A stretch of DNA of 18,937 bases from Octopus sinensis. Its lineage: Eukaryota. The DNA lies in NCBI RefSeq assembly GCF_006345805.1, contig NW_021824755.1, forward strand, positions 1 to 18,937, written 5' to 3'. The notes beneath the pieces were generated by a model, which searched no databases, was not told the DNA's origin, and was given only the letters and a program-made list of their open reading frames with translations. Both the position numbers and the translations under genes were made by a program. Below, one piece after another: positions 1 through 10,610 of the stretch (within the stretch, counting starts at the first letter, position 1; the number at the start of each line of letters is the position of its first letter).

Positions 1-4
1 ACAT

Positions 5-29
5 ATCTATCTATCTATCTATCTATCTA

Positions 30-85
<56 letters not shown>

Positions 86-92
86 CATCCAT
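5..92. repeat. (TCTA)n microsatellite grading into (TCCA)n
   Basis: Direct reading of the sequence. Confidence 0.95.
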
Positions 93-300
93 CTATCCAC
101 CCACTTATCCCGTCTACTTGCCTCCATCCCGTTCTCTCAATTTGCCAACCAGCTTCCCACTGCGACAGTCTCAACGTTTTCCCTTACGTCTTGCTGTCAT
201 CTTCGCCTGTTTAATACATTTAACGCTAAGTGTATTTCTCCATATGCGTGTCTGTCCATCTTTCCATCTGTCTGTCTGTCTTTCTCCTTCCTTTATGAAA

Positions 301-310
301 CCACACACAC

Positions 311-361
<51 letters not shown>

Positions 362-365
362 ACAC
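301..365. repeat. (CA)n microsatellite
   Basis: Direct reading; explains the HT/VC-repeat ORFs at 118-393 and 171-356. Confidence 0.95.
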
Positions 366-519
366 ACGCTTACATCCATGCATCCATGCTTAACTTTCTT
401 TATCTATTAGCAATCCCTCGGGTGTCTCTCTCATTTGCTTATTTTTTTCTCTCTCGCTCGTTCAACCTATCAATTTCTGGGTCTATTTATCTCACCCCTT
501 CACACACATAATATACAAA

Positions 520-540
520 ACACGTAAACAAACACACACG

Positions 541-585
<45 letters not shown>

Positions 586-1130
586 CAGTCACACATATAC
601 AGACATGCATAAGTATATACACACAGAGGCACATCCATACACACACAGATACCCAAACACACACAAAGGCATGGGAACGTAGAGTGGCAAAGAACGCACA
701 CAAACACATACACAGATATGCATTGACAGAGATATACACACACATGCACACACGTACACACACACACAGAGGCAAACATATACAGACATGCACATGCTCA
801 TACACCCAGAAGCACAAACATATATACACACATAGATACCCAAACACACACGGAGGCATAGAAACGCAGAGCGGCAAAGCACGCACACAACACACACACA
901 CAGACACACACACATACACACACACGCACACAGGCAAACATATGCAGACATACACAAGAACATACACACAGAGGCACGGGCATATACACACACACATATG
1001 CCCAAACACACACGGAGGCTTAGGAACGTAGAGCGGCAAAGCACGTACACAAACACACAAACAGACACACACATGCACACACACACTCAGATACCCACAC
1101 ATATACATATACACACACACACACGCACAC
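520..1130. repeat. CA-rich composite minisatellite, about 160-190 bp period, three degenerate units
   Basis: Core CCCAAACACACAC(G/A)(G/A)AGGC..GGAACGTAGAGCGGCAAAGCACG recurs at about 652, 839 and 1001. AGGCAAACATAT and CACAGAGGCAC each recur twice. Confidence 0.8.
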
Positions 1131-1222
1131 ACGCAGGTACTCTGTGCAGCAGTATGTACCGAAATGGATTCCTGTAATGCATCGCAGATGGTGCAGCAAT
1201 TGCAAGAGACGATCGGTCGTGG

Positions 1223-1270
1223 CTATGATCAAATACATTCCAGCCATGACAAACCATCCTTGTTTTCTTT
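1223..1270. mobile_element. Fragment of an interspersed repeat (family E)
   Basis: CTATGATCAAATACATTCCAGCCATGAC resembles 9920-9965 (same strand) and 8655-8700 (opposite strand). Confidence 0.5.
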
Positions 1271-1584
1271 TGCCGTGTGTATGTATCTTGGATTGCTATT
1301 TCAAGCAGGACGACTTTGAACGTAGGTGTTCCCTAATTGATTAATTCACACACACGCACTAACCAACGAACACACACACACATTCACACACACACATACA
1401 CATACGCATTGTCGAAATCGCGATGATTTGTGGTCGATTGCTGATGAGGGATGGACATATCTACGGCCTCTCCATGATTTTTTTAGTATTTTCCGTATTC
1501 TTTTTACCGTCTTATAGTGCAACAAACACACGAACCCTCGTGTGCGCGGGCACACACACACATGCACTCACACACACACATATA

Positions 1585-1912
1585 GGCGCAGGCGTGACTG
1601 TGTGATAAGACGCTTGCTTATCAACCACATGGTTCCGGGTTCAGACCCACTGCGTGGCACCTTATGCATGCGTCTTCTACTATAGCCTCGGGCCGACCAA
1701 ATCCATGTGAGTGGATTTGGTTGACGGAAACTGAAAAAAGCCCGTCGTATATGCGTGTGTTAGTGTGTGTGTGTGCGTGTGTGTGCGTGTGTGTGCGTGT
1801 GTGTGTGTGCATGTGTGTGTGTGCATGTGTGTGTGCGTGTGTGTGTGTGTATGTGTGCATGTCTGTATTTGTTCCCCCGCCATCACTTGAGAACCGATGT
1901 TGCTGTGTTTAC
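1585..1912 (+). mobile_element. tRNA-derived SINE, family A (CORE-like body, internal microsatellite), 3' truncated
   Basis: tRNA-like head GGCGCAGG..TGTGTGATAAG with B-box-like GGTTCAGACCC, CORE-like GGCACCTT..GTCTTCTACTATAGCC, then (TG)n. Homologous to 4501-4927 and 13801-14218. Possibly the octopus OK family (recall only). Confidence 0.85.
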
Positions 1913-1972
1913 ACCTACATTTATACATACATATATATCTACACGCAGACACACACGTATATGTATCTATCT

Positions 1973-2004
<32 letters not shown>

Positions 2005-2206
2005 TGTGCGTCTGTATATTTAAACATGTATGTATATATGTGTGTGTATGTATGTAGATCAATGCGTATGTTACTACAGATCTATGTCCTACATATGCAG
2101 ATGTGGTGTCATTTTTATGTGAACAATTGTATGTGAATATGTCTTAAAACATACAAGCATACATACATACACACACACACACATACACACACAACACACA
2201 CACACA

Positions 2207-2255
<49 letters not shown>

Positions 2256-2299
2256 ATATATATATAATATATAATATATATATATACGTTCATATGTAT

Positions 2300-2701
2300 C
2301 AGGTACGTGCCGTCAGTAATTACTCAGAGTAGGCAGTTGGTGAAGTTTATGTAGTAAAACACACAAGAAATAAGCGAAATACAAACGTGCAACCGAGAAG
2401 GCAGATTTACTTCTGCTTTTATAACACGTAAAGAAAACGGTGTTGTAGGAGTGTACGCAGCATGTGTACTACAGCAGTTCTATGTGTAGCTTAAATACTG
2501 AGACTGAAAGTCAGAGGCGAATTATGCCTACCTAATCTATAAATGATACGATATTTTGTATTTTATACATAATAATCAGAGTAACCTTCATAATTTTATT
2601 GAATTAGGTGCATATTTTGCCATAAGAGGAAAATGTTGCTTTTGATCTATATTATTCAACGTAGGCACTGCCTACCCTGTCACCAAGGTGGCCCGTCCCT
2701 T
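2300..2701. mobile_element. Non-autonomous hAT-like MITE (about 400 bp)
   Basis: Imperfect TIRs: left CAGGTACGTGCC...CAGAGTAGGCAGT versus right-end reverse complement AAGGGACGGGCC...CAGGGTAGGCAGT. Exact 8-bp flanking duplication ATATGTAT at 2292-2299 and 2702-2709; 8-bp TSDs are typical of hAT. The TSD is low complexity. Confidence 0.65.
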
Positions 2702-2746
2702 ATATGTATACATACATATACATAAAGCGAGAGAGAGAGAGACATG

Positions 2747-2777
<31 letters not shown>

Positions 2778-2959
2778 TGGTAGACACAGAGAGAGAGCGT
2801 GACACGCGCATATACGAATGAAGTTATGGGAATATAATGACCGCTTCTTCTGATAAGACCCTATGTGGGAGATGCTCGAGGCCCCACCCACTTCACGACC
2901 CTCTCAACAATATTGAGGATCAGGAGAGGAAATTGATGGATGGATGGATGAAATGTAAT

Positions 2960-4200
2960 TATGCACTTCGTTCTCGTACAGTCCGCCTTGATTGAATATC
3001 TTCTCACTTTTGCGATATTAAATCTACTTGTCAGGTTGTTGGTTGTTCATAATGAGAGAGACAGACAGACAGACAGACATAGAGAGAGAGAGGGAGGGAG
3101 GGAGAGAGAGATAAAGATGGAAAAGAGAGTTGTGCCAATTACCCAGCCCCACATTACTCTAGGTTTCACATGAAATCAATCTCTTAATCGGTACCATATT
3201 TTATCTTCCATATTACCCTACAGAAACTGCTATGGCAATGGATTGTTGTTGGCTGATAAGTTCCATGAGCAGCTTCCATAGAACTTGGCTATTTACGGAA
3301 TTGAATGCCTTGGTCAGAATGAAAAAGACATATGCAATGGTTTGTTTTCCTGCATAACAATTCGCCTGTACTTGGCACGCACAGAAAATCCTGCCAATTA
3401 GTAAAGCTGGAAGGCTGAAAACCAAACTGAAATTCAAGGAGGCGAGTCTCCGATAATGAGAAGAATCGATTGTGCAGTATTCTAGTCAGTATATTTGGAT
3501 GGATGGAAGCACTCCGTCGGTTACGACGATGAGGGACCCGGTTGATCCGATCAACGGAACAGCCTGCTCGTGAAATTAATTTTGTAAGTGGCTGAGCACT
3601 CCACAGACACGTGTACCCTTAACGTAGTTCTCGGGGATATTCAGCGTGACACATACAGTGACAAGGCCGGCCCTTTGAAATACAGGTACAACAGAAACAG
3701 GAAGTAAGAGTGAGAGAAAGTTGTGGTGAAAGAGTACAGCAGGGATCACCACCATCCCTGCCGGAGCCTTGTGGAGCTTTAGGTGTTTTCGCTCAATAAA
3801 CACTCACAACGCCCGGTCTGGGAATCGAAACCGCGATCCTACGACCGCGAGTCCGCTGCCCTAACCACTGGGCCATTGCGCGTCCACAAGTCAGTATATT
3901 TACAAGCGTTGAAAAAAAAAAGAAAAAAAAAGCTCGATTCATCTGTGGTTGCCACAATCTGATTTGCTTCCATCACGAAGTTGTTAATAGTGGTTGCACC
4001 TCTGCGGCTAACTGGTACACCCCACTTCGCGTGATCAGTCGAGCAGAAACAGTGCCTGATGACTTGTTGATGGTGATTCATTCTCACGTTAATAGATCTC
4101 ATCTAGAATCCCGTCAAGACCGTGATCTGTTACTTAAGGAACGGGTGGCATTTATTTGTTCTTCCAATGACACTCACTGCATCTATTGTTCACTCAGGAA
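2960..4200 (-). pseudogene. Decayed reverse transcriptase of an RTE-clade (BovB-like) non-LTR retrotransposon
   Basis: Manual translation across frameshifts and stops gives RTE RT motifs in the expected order: SLEEQINATRSLSNRS / GLDGILDEIY* / WGVPVSRRGATTINNF / GSKSDCGNHR*IEL / STLVNILTRILHNRF..EFQFGFQP / IFCACQVQANC..FILTKAFNSVNSQVLWKLL / RVMWGWVIGTTLFSIF / SRFNIAKVR. Interrupted by a SINE (3497-3888), a T-run and a (CT)n tract. Confidence 0.88.
3497..3888 (-). mobile_element. Full-length tRNA-derived SINE, family B type 1, with (CCAT)n tail and 13-bp TSD
   Basis: Head TGGCCCAGTGGTTAGGGCAGCGG..GGTTTCGATTCCC (A/B-box-like). TSD AGTCAGTATATTT at 3484-3496 and 3889-3901. The 3' part is shared with 8300-8620. 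Possibly OR1/OR2-type (recall only). Confidence 0.92.
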
Positions 4201-4500
4201 TTCCTTATAATGTTGTTCATAGATTTTTCGTTGAATGTACAGTCACAAACAAATTTTCAGAATATTCTTTACTTTGGTAACCTGACAGTAACTTTTTATG
4301 TTTTTACATTTTGCACCTCTTTAAACCTGCAGAATTGGAGTAATTAAATGCTTTAAATGCGTTCAAGCAATCCTGTATGGCATTTCTTTCAATTCGGTTT
4401 TGAATTTCAAATTATTTTTTCCGCTAATAATGCTTCTTCATTGCATGTGCTTATTTCCGGTTTTGGGTCTGAAGCCTTCACGTGTTGGTCAGTTACCTTA

Positions 4501-4736
4501 TTTACTCTCTTTACTCTTTTACTCTTTTACTTGTTTCAGTCATTTGACTGCGGCCATGCTGGAGCACCGCCTTTAGTCGAGCAAATCGACCCCGGGACTT
4601 ATTCTTTGTAAGCCCAATACTTATTCTATCGGTCTCTTTTGCCGAACCGCTAAGTGACGGGGACGTAAACACCCAGCATCGGTTGTCAAGCAATGCTAGG
4701 GGCACAAACACAGACACACAAACACACACACCATAC

Positions 4737-4767
<31 letters not shown>

Positions 4768-4927
4768 TACGACAGGCTCTTTCAGTTTCCGTCTACCAAA
4801 TCCACTCACAAAGCATTGGTCGGCCCGAGGCTATAGCAGAAGACACTTGCCCAAGATGCCACGCAGTGGGACTGAACCCGGAACCATGTGGTTGGTTAGC
4901 AAGCTACTTACCACACAGCCACTCCTG
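4501..4927 (-). mobile_element. Near full-length family A SINE with internal (TA)/(TG) tract and (AAGAGTA)n-like tail
   Basis: Colinear with 13801-14218 across head, CORE-like body, microsatellite, 3' region and tail. Confidence 0.92.
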
Positions 4928-5202
4928 TAGATTTTAAGTAGATTTTTTAAAAATATTAAAAGAAAAACAAACCCACTTTCTGTCTATCTGCATCAAATCT
5001 GTTCCGCGTGTTACCTTAAAGGACTCCTGGCAATAGGCAGAATTAACTGTCTTTGGTGCCAAAATAATTCAGGCTGATTAAAGACAGCTCATGATTATAC
5101 ACAGCTGACGCTGCTCCTCTGTTACATGATGGGACAGTATTTCTGTTACCAAGGTTGTCACATTTCTAGAGCGCCGAATAACCAAGTTATATAGCAGGAG
5201 GT

Positions 5203-5416
5203 GGAAATAAGTCAATTGGACGCCGCTGTTTAGACGCTGGCGATTTGGTTCAGTGGACTGGAAATTCAGTTTGTCTTGGGGTCAATACGTTTCGGCACTG
5301 TAGGCAAACACACTAACAAGCGCCCTGATGTAAAAATATACACAGAGAAATAGAAAGGGCGAGAGAGTGTTATTACACATACATTTAAATATAAATAGAT
5401 GCTCAAATACATAAGC

Positions 5417-5447
<31 letters not shown>

Positions 5448-5715
5448 AAGAAGGTAATATTGAAACGTCTGATGTCAAATTGGTCACGGTCGAATCAGCA
5501 ACGCCAATACGGCGGCGCCAAAACAGCGGCGCCAAAACGGCAGCGCCAAAACGGCAGCGCCAAAACGGCAGCGCCAAAACGGCAGCGCCAAAGCGGCAGC
5601 GCCAAAACGGCAGCGCCAAAACGGCAGCGCCAAAACGGCAGCGCCAAAACGGCAGCGCCAAAACGGCAGCGCCAAAACGGCAGCGCCAAAACGGCAGCGC
5701 CAAAACGACTGTTCC
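5203..5715. mobile_element. Foldback-like non-autonomous DNA element with TIRs built from 14-bp subrepeats
   Basis: Left end GGAAATAAGTCAATTGGACGCCGCTGTTTAGACGCTGGCGATTTGG is a degenerate match to the reverse complement of the right end (GGAACAGTCGTTTTGGCGCTGCCGTTTTGG). No TSD found; superfamily unassigned. Confidence 0.5.
5503..5707 (+). repeat. 14-bp tandem array (GCCAAAACGGCAGC) x14 plus a partial unit
   Basis: Units start every 14 bp from 5503 to 5699; variants only in units 1, 2 and 7. Confidence 0.97.
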
Positions 5716-6000
5716 AAGCGTTTCATATGTGCCTAAGGTGAATGATAGTTGATCCAGCCGATGTTGGATTCTGCCATGTTACTTATAAGGACATGTGTTA
5801 GATGTGAATATGTGTGTATTATGTGGTGAGTGTATGTTTGTGTCTGTGTGCGCGGTGTGCTTGTGTGTATACGTGTGCGTGTATGTGTGTACATATATAC
5901 ATAGTGAAAGAGATATATGTGTACACGTATATGTACATATATGTGCGTGTGTGTGTTTGTAAAGTGTAGTAATTTCTTTCTACCATTGTTTTCTACCATA

Positions 6001-6190
6001 TCTATTATATAAAATTCGTTCTGTCCGTCTGTTTGTGTGTCTTCTAGGATCTCGGGCATCCTTCATTCGATTGCGCTCAAAATTGATATGTAGATACGGA
6101 CGGTATCAGGGCATGTATAGGTCTTGAAAAAATTACAGAAATCGATTCCAGGTGAGAATGCGATCGATAAAGCCGTGGGAACGTGCTTTC
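6001..6190 (+). mobile_element. Helitron-like 5' terminal fragment
   Basis: A|TCTATTATATAAAATTCGTTCTGTCCGTCTGTTTGTGTGTC resembles invertebrate Helitron 5' ends (TC start after A, then a TCTG-rich tract). No hairpin/CTRR 3' end found, so the right boundary is approximate. Confidence 0.5.
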
Positions 6191-6520
6191 CTTCCGTCAA
6201 CCTGCACATAACTGCACCTTCCTTTTTTTATTGTTTTTGTACTGCTTAAAGGCACATTTCTTTCCTGCCAAGCTTACTGTTTAAACCATGTTTGTGTTCT
6301 CCCAGTCAACAGCCTTATCATTACTGGTACTTTAAACTCTTCGGTTGCATATTTGTATGAATAAAATCGTTTTTCTTTGGAACAGAAAAAAACGTCTATC
6401 TTTATTTCTTCTTTTGCTGGTGTCTCAAATTTAGGTTAAATCAGTTTTTTCTCAAAGGGGAGGCCTATGGGACGGTCGGACAAGTTGTTTTGAGAAAATT
6501 TGGTTTAAATGTTTGACAAC

Positions 6521-6612
6521 TAAGGCTATAGTAGAAGATACTTGGCCAAGGTGCCACGCTAAGATACTGGATTGAAACCTGCACCAATTGTTGGAAAATT
6601 GACATCTTAACC
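6521..6612 (-). mobile_element. Old degraded family A SINE fragment (head plus CORE-like)
   Basis: GGCTATAGTAGAAGATACTTGGCCAAGGTGCCACGC matches 14116-14150. Confidence 0.7.
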
Positions 6613-6904
6613 AAAAGGTCATACTAGTTCTTCTAAATATACGTTAAATAAACACACACGCTCACACACACATAAACACATACATACATTCAAATATACA
6701 TACACACGTAAATACTCCTACATATACATACGCTTATACAGACAAACACGGCACAAGCACATACATACACGCTACATGTACATACACATACACACATACA
6801 CATACTTACACACACACACACATATATATATATACGCACACATATATTCATACACATACAAATACTCATATGTACACACACCTATACATGCATACATACA
6901 TACA

Positions 6905-6935
<31 letters not shown>

Positions 6936-7044
6936 GTAGACATACACACACACATAGACACATACATACATACATTTATACATACATTCACATAAACACA
7001 AATTCACGCACATGTATACACATGCACGTGCACAAACATATACC

Positions 7045-7110
7045 AGTACAACAGCAACAACAACTGCAACAGCAATAACGTATCAAAGCACTAACGCACA
7101 AAAACAAAAC

Positions 7111-7142
<32 letters not shown>

Positions 7143-7341
7143 ATGACAACAACAACAACAACAACATCGGCAGCAATCTGTATCAATTGGCTCAGAGATC
7201 ATGGCACAGAGCTGCTATGGACACACATTAATTAACTTTGATCTTCTCAGCTATTAATTAAGGCGTTTAGAAACAATAACAATGCCAGCCCTTAGGTGGT
7301 TTGACACTACTACCACCACCACCACCACCACTACTACTACA

Positions 7342-7386
<45 letters not shown>

Positions 7387-7393
7387 GCTGCTG

Positions 7394-7424
<31 letters not shown>

Positions 7425-7576
7425 CAACAAAACGTCACTGTTACTATTGCTACTACCACCTGGATCACGACCACCGCCGACACCACCACGACCACCACCA
7501 CAATCGCAAAGATTGCTGCCGCAGCTGCCACTACATCAACTACTACTACTACTACTACTACTACCTACTACTACTA

Positions 7577-7608
<32 letters not shown>

Positions 7609-7764
7609 CAACAAAACGTCACTGTTACTATTGCTACTACCACCTGGATCACGACCACCGCCGACACCACCACGACCACCACCACAATCGCAAAGATTGC
7701 TGCCGCAGCTGCCACTACATCAACTACTACTACTACTACTACCTACTACTACTACTACTACTAC

Positions 7765-7796
<32 letters not shown>

Positions 7797-8030
7797 CACC
7801 ACCACTACCGCCACATCAACACTGTCCTCATCATCATCATTATCATCATCGTCGTCATCATCAACAGCAGTATCCTCATCGCCATCACCAGTGTCGTCGT
7901 CATCATCATCATCATCATCACCATCATCATCATCGTCGTCGTCATTAACAGCAGTATCATCATCATCACCATCACCAGTGTCGTCGTGGTCATCATCATG
8001 TCGTCGTCGTGGTTGTAGCCACGGTCATGG
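7045..8030. repeat. Compound trinucleotide microsatellite field (CAA/CAG, CCA, CTA, TCA/TCG)
   Basis: Direct reading; source of the poly-T/L/Y/S/H ORFs. Confidence 0.92.
7424..7724. repeat. Tandem duplication, period 184 bp, 117-bp identical core bounded by (CTA)n
   Basis: CCAACAAAACGTCACTG...CTACATCAAC at 7424-7540 and 7608-7724. Confidence 0.92.
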
Positions 8031-8299
8031 TCATCTTCGCCATTGTCAGCAGCAAGGACAACGATAACATATGAAAACCAACGAAAACAAAAGCTATAAC
8101 ATGAAAAAAAAACCCCACAAAAATCAAACAAACCAACAAACAAACGAAAACAATGGCATTGCCAGGCAACGTCACAACCGGTGCGGTTCGTGCAATCTGC
8201 TAAAAATAGCAGTCAAAACAAGAATAGCAGAAAATAAGATAAAACGTCTTCAAATCTCGAAGTACTCGGATTGGACAAGAATATAAGGACTGGGTCCCT

Positions 8300-8620
8300 G
8301 GTACTCCGTCGGTTACGACGATGAGGGCTCCAGCTGATTCGATCAAGGGAACAGTTTGCTTGGGGAAATTAACGTGCAAGAGGCTAAACACTCCACAGAC
8401 ACATGTACCCTTAATGTAGTTCGCAGGGAGATTGAACGTGACGCAGAGAATATGACAAGGCTGGCCCCTTTTAATTACAGGTACAACTCATTTTTGTCAG
8501 CCGAGTGGATTGGAGCAACGTGAAATAAAGTGTCTTGCTCAAGGACATAACGCGTCGGCGGGAATCGAACTCGCGACCTTATGATGGCAAGTCTAATATT
8601 CTAACCACTAACGTACAGGC
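8300..8620 (-). mobile_element. tRNA-derived SINE, family B type 2 (CORE-like body, 3' region shared with 3497-3888)
   Basis: Minus strand: TTAGTGGTTAGAAT..GAGTTCGATTCCC head, TGTCCTTGAGCAAGACACTTTATTTCAC CORE-like segment, 3' end CTCATCGTCGTAACCGACGGAGT. Confidence 0.85.
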
Positions 8621-8704
8621 GTTCCCCATACACTGGATAATGTATCTAGCGTATAAAAACGACAGGATGGTTATTGATGGAAGGTCTTTGAACATCCAGG
8701 CTGT

Positions 8705-8865
8705 AGGCACAAGACCCTGAAATTTTCGGGATAGGGATTACATGGACCCCAGTGTCCAACTGGTACTTCATAAACCCCGAAATGATGGAAGGCAAATTCT
8801 ACGTCGGAGGAAATTGAATTTAGAGGGACGAAAAGCGGTAACAATTCTACCATTTCTTTGCCTTA
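8705..8865 (-). mobile_element. Degraded family C SINE
   Basis: GACCCCAGTGTCCAACTGGTACTT..CCCCGAAATGATGGAAGGCAAA is homologous to 9201-9415. Confidence 0.7.
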
Positions 8866-8907
8866 ATAATAATAATATTAATGATGATGATGATGATGAT
8901 GATGATG

Positions 8908-8974
<67 letters not shown>

Positions 8975-9038
8975 TAATGATAATAATGATGATAATGATA
9001 ATAATAATAATAATAACAACAACAACAACAACAACAAC

Positions 9039-9088
<50 letters not shown>

Positions 9089-9098
9089 CAACAACACA
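8865..9098. repeat. (ATG)n/(ATA)n/(ACA)n microsatellite
   Basis: Direct reading. Confidence 0.95.
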
Positions 9099-9200
9099 TT
9101 AACAGTAATAACAGTATGGACAGTAGGAAACGTTACAAGAGCAACAAGAACAAGAAAAATTATAGCAGAGACAACACAAACAACAACAACAACAATATTA

Positions 9201-9415
9201 TTTTCTACACTAGGAACAAGGCTCGAAATTTTGGGGAAGGGGCCTGGGGATTAGATCCACTCCAGTACGCAACTGGTACTTAATTTATCGACCCCGAAAG
9301 GATAAAAAAACAAAAGTCGACCTCGGCGTAATTTGAACTCAGAACGTAAAGACAGACGAAACGCCGCTAAGCATTTCGCCCTGCGGTGCTAACGATTCTG
9401 GCAGCTCACCGCCTT
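9201..9415 (-). mobile_element. Full-length family C tRNA-like SINE with TSD of about 22 bp
   Basis: Minus-strand head AAGGCGGTGAGCTGCCAGAATCGTTAGCACCG..GAGTTCAAATT; central CCTTTCGGGGTCGATAAATTAAGTACCAG resembles the Meta-type SINE domain (recall only). AACAACAACAACAACAATATTA flanks it at 9179-9200 and 9419-9440. Confidence 0.9.
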
Positions 9416-9888
9416 AACAACAACAACAACAACAATATTAAGGATTACAACAACAGCAATAACTACACAGACAACAACAACAACAACAAGAACCGCGACA
9501 ATCAACAACAACAATAACAACAACATCAGCCAGATTTATGCTTTTGTTACATAAACACCAAGCAACATAGTTTTTGGCGGGTGCGGCTGGGAGTGAGGTT
9601 GAGCGAGATCGATAATATCGACCGCCGGATATGATTGATATCGATTTTTGAAAGAATTCTTTTGAAAAATAAAGCGTTTTGAAATCTTTTACTGAAATTG
9701 AATATAGAAGACAAAGGGTGTAAATTCAAGAGCACAAAAGGGGTTCTGAACTACTGGTTCGAACCGTCCATTGACCTGGCGCTCCCCCCTATTCTCACAA
9801 TCCCCTAATTACTCACGGGATTCTAATCATTCACCTTCGTTATTAGTAAAAGCTTCTTTGAATTGAAATACAATGCTACGCAATATTG

Positions 9889-9968
9889 TTGTTGTATGGA
9901 TCCAGTTCATTCTTGATTGAACCGGACTGTGATCAAAAGCTTTCCAACCGTGGCCACTACGTCTTTTC
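9889..9968 (-). mobile_element. Family E repeat fragment, probable retroposon 3' end with (CAA)n tail
   Basis: GTTGTTGT..TGATCAAAAGCTTTCCAACCGTGGCCACTACGTCTTTT is similar to 1223-1270. Confidence 0.45.
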
Positions 9969-10042
9969 ATTTGGGCATGGAACCCGGGCCGAAATTGCTG
10001 GCCTAGTGCTAGAATTTGAAATCAGCATTAAAAGCAAGAGCA

Positions 10043-10182
10043 AAGCGGTGGGTAAGCAGGATCGTTTTCGCGCCGGACAAAATGCTCAGCGGTATTTCGT
10101 CCGTCTTATTAAGGTTCTGCGTTCAAATTCCGCCGGGGATTGAGTTTGCCGTTCATTCTTTCGGATTAGATGAATTAAGACT
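10043..10182 (+). mobile_element. Family C SINE, 5' portion, ending in a GAT/GGT tract
   Basis: AAATGCTCAGCGGTATTTCGTCCGTC..GCGTTCAAATTCCGCCG..TTTGCCGTTCATTCTTTCGG matches the reverse complement of family C copies. Confidence 0.8.
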
Positions 10183-10184
10183 AG

Positions 10185-10610
10185 ATGATGGTGGTGGTGG
10201 TGGTGGTGATGGTGGTGGTAGTGATGATGATGATGGTGGGGGGATAATGGTGGTGGTGGTGATGATGATGATGAATTAAGACTAGATGATGGTGATGATG
10301 GTGGTGATGGTGGTAGTAGTGATGGTGATAATGGTGGTGGTAGTGATGGTGGTGGTGGTGGCCATCACCGCTACTACCACCGTAACCACTGTGAAAAGAG
10401 CAACACCACAATCACCACAGCCGCCGCCACCTCTATACTGTTACCACAACACACCGTTATCACCGCCAGCGCAACCACAGCCATCACAACCATTCACAAT
10501 CATCACCAACACCACCACCAGTTTCACCACCACCAGCTACACCATCAGCATCACTATCGCCACCATCACCTCCACACTGTTAAGACAGCACCGTCATAAT
10601 CACCACCACT
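10185..10610. repeat. (GGT/GAT)n tract followed by an inverted (ACC/ATC)-rich tract
   Basis: Direct reading; includes a re-duplicated TGAATTAAGACTAGATGATGGTG at 10171 and 10272. Confidence 0.85.

Noticed and set aside
1412-1485. CTGATGA near GAAA, possible hammerhead
   Set aside because: No GAAA after the putative stem II. The type II reading gives a forbidden G17 and no stem I.
3820-3888. tRNA gene
   Set aside because: It is a SINE head: no complete cloverleaf, continues into the SINE body and lies within a TSD. The same applies to the other tRNA-like heads.
5503-5707. CRISPR-like array
   Set aside because: No spacers; contiguous 14-mers in eukaryotic DNA.
5266-5752. Repetitive Arg/Lys-rich ORFs (AAPKRQRQNGSAKT)
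   Set aside because: Translation of a 14-bp repeat that stays open in several frames on both strands.
6444-6501. 10-bp inverted repeat TTTTCTCAAA/TTTGAGAAAA
   Set aside because: Too short and AT-rich; no TSD or element boundaries.
7282-8067. Thr/Ser/Gln-rich mucin-like ORFs
   Set aside because: All frames give homopolymers from trinucleotide tracts; no coding signature.
9590-9710. Short palindromes (AAAGAATTCTTT, GATATCGAT-like)
   Set aside because: Expected by chance in AT-rich DNA; no ends or second copy to define an element.
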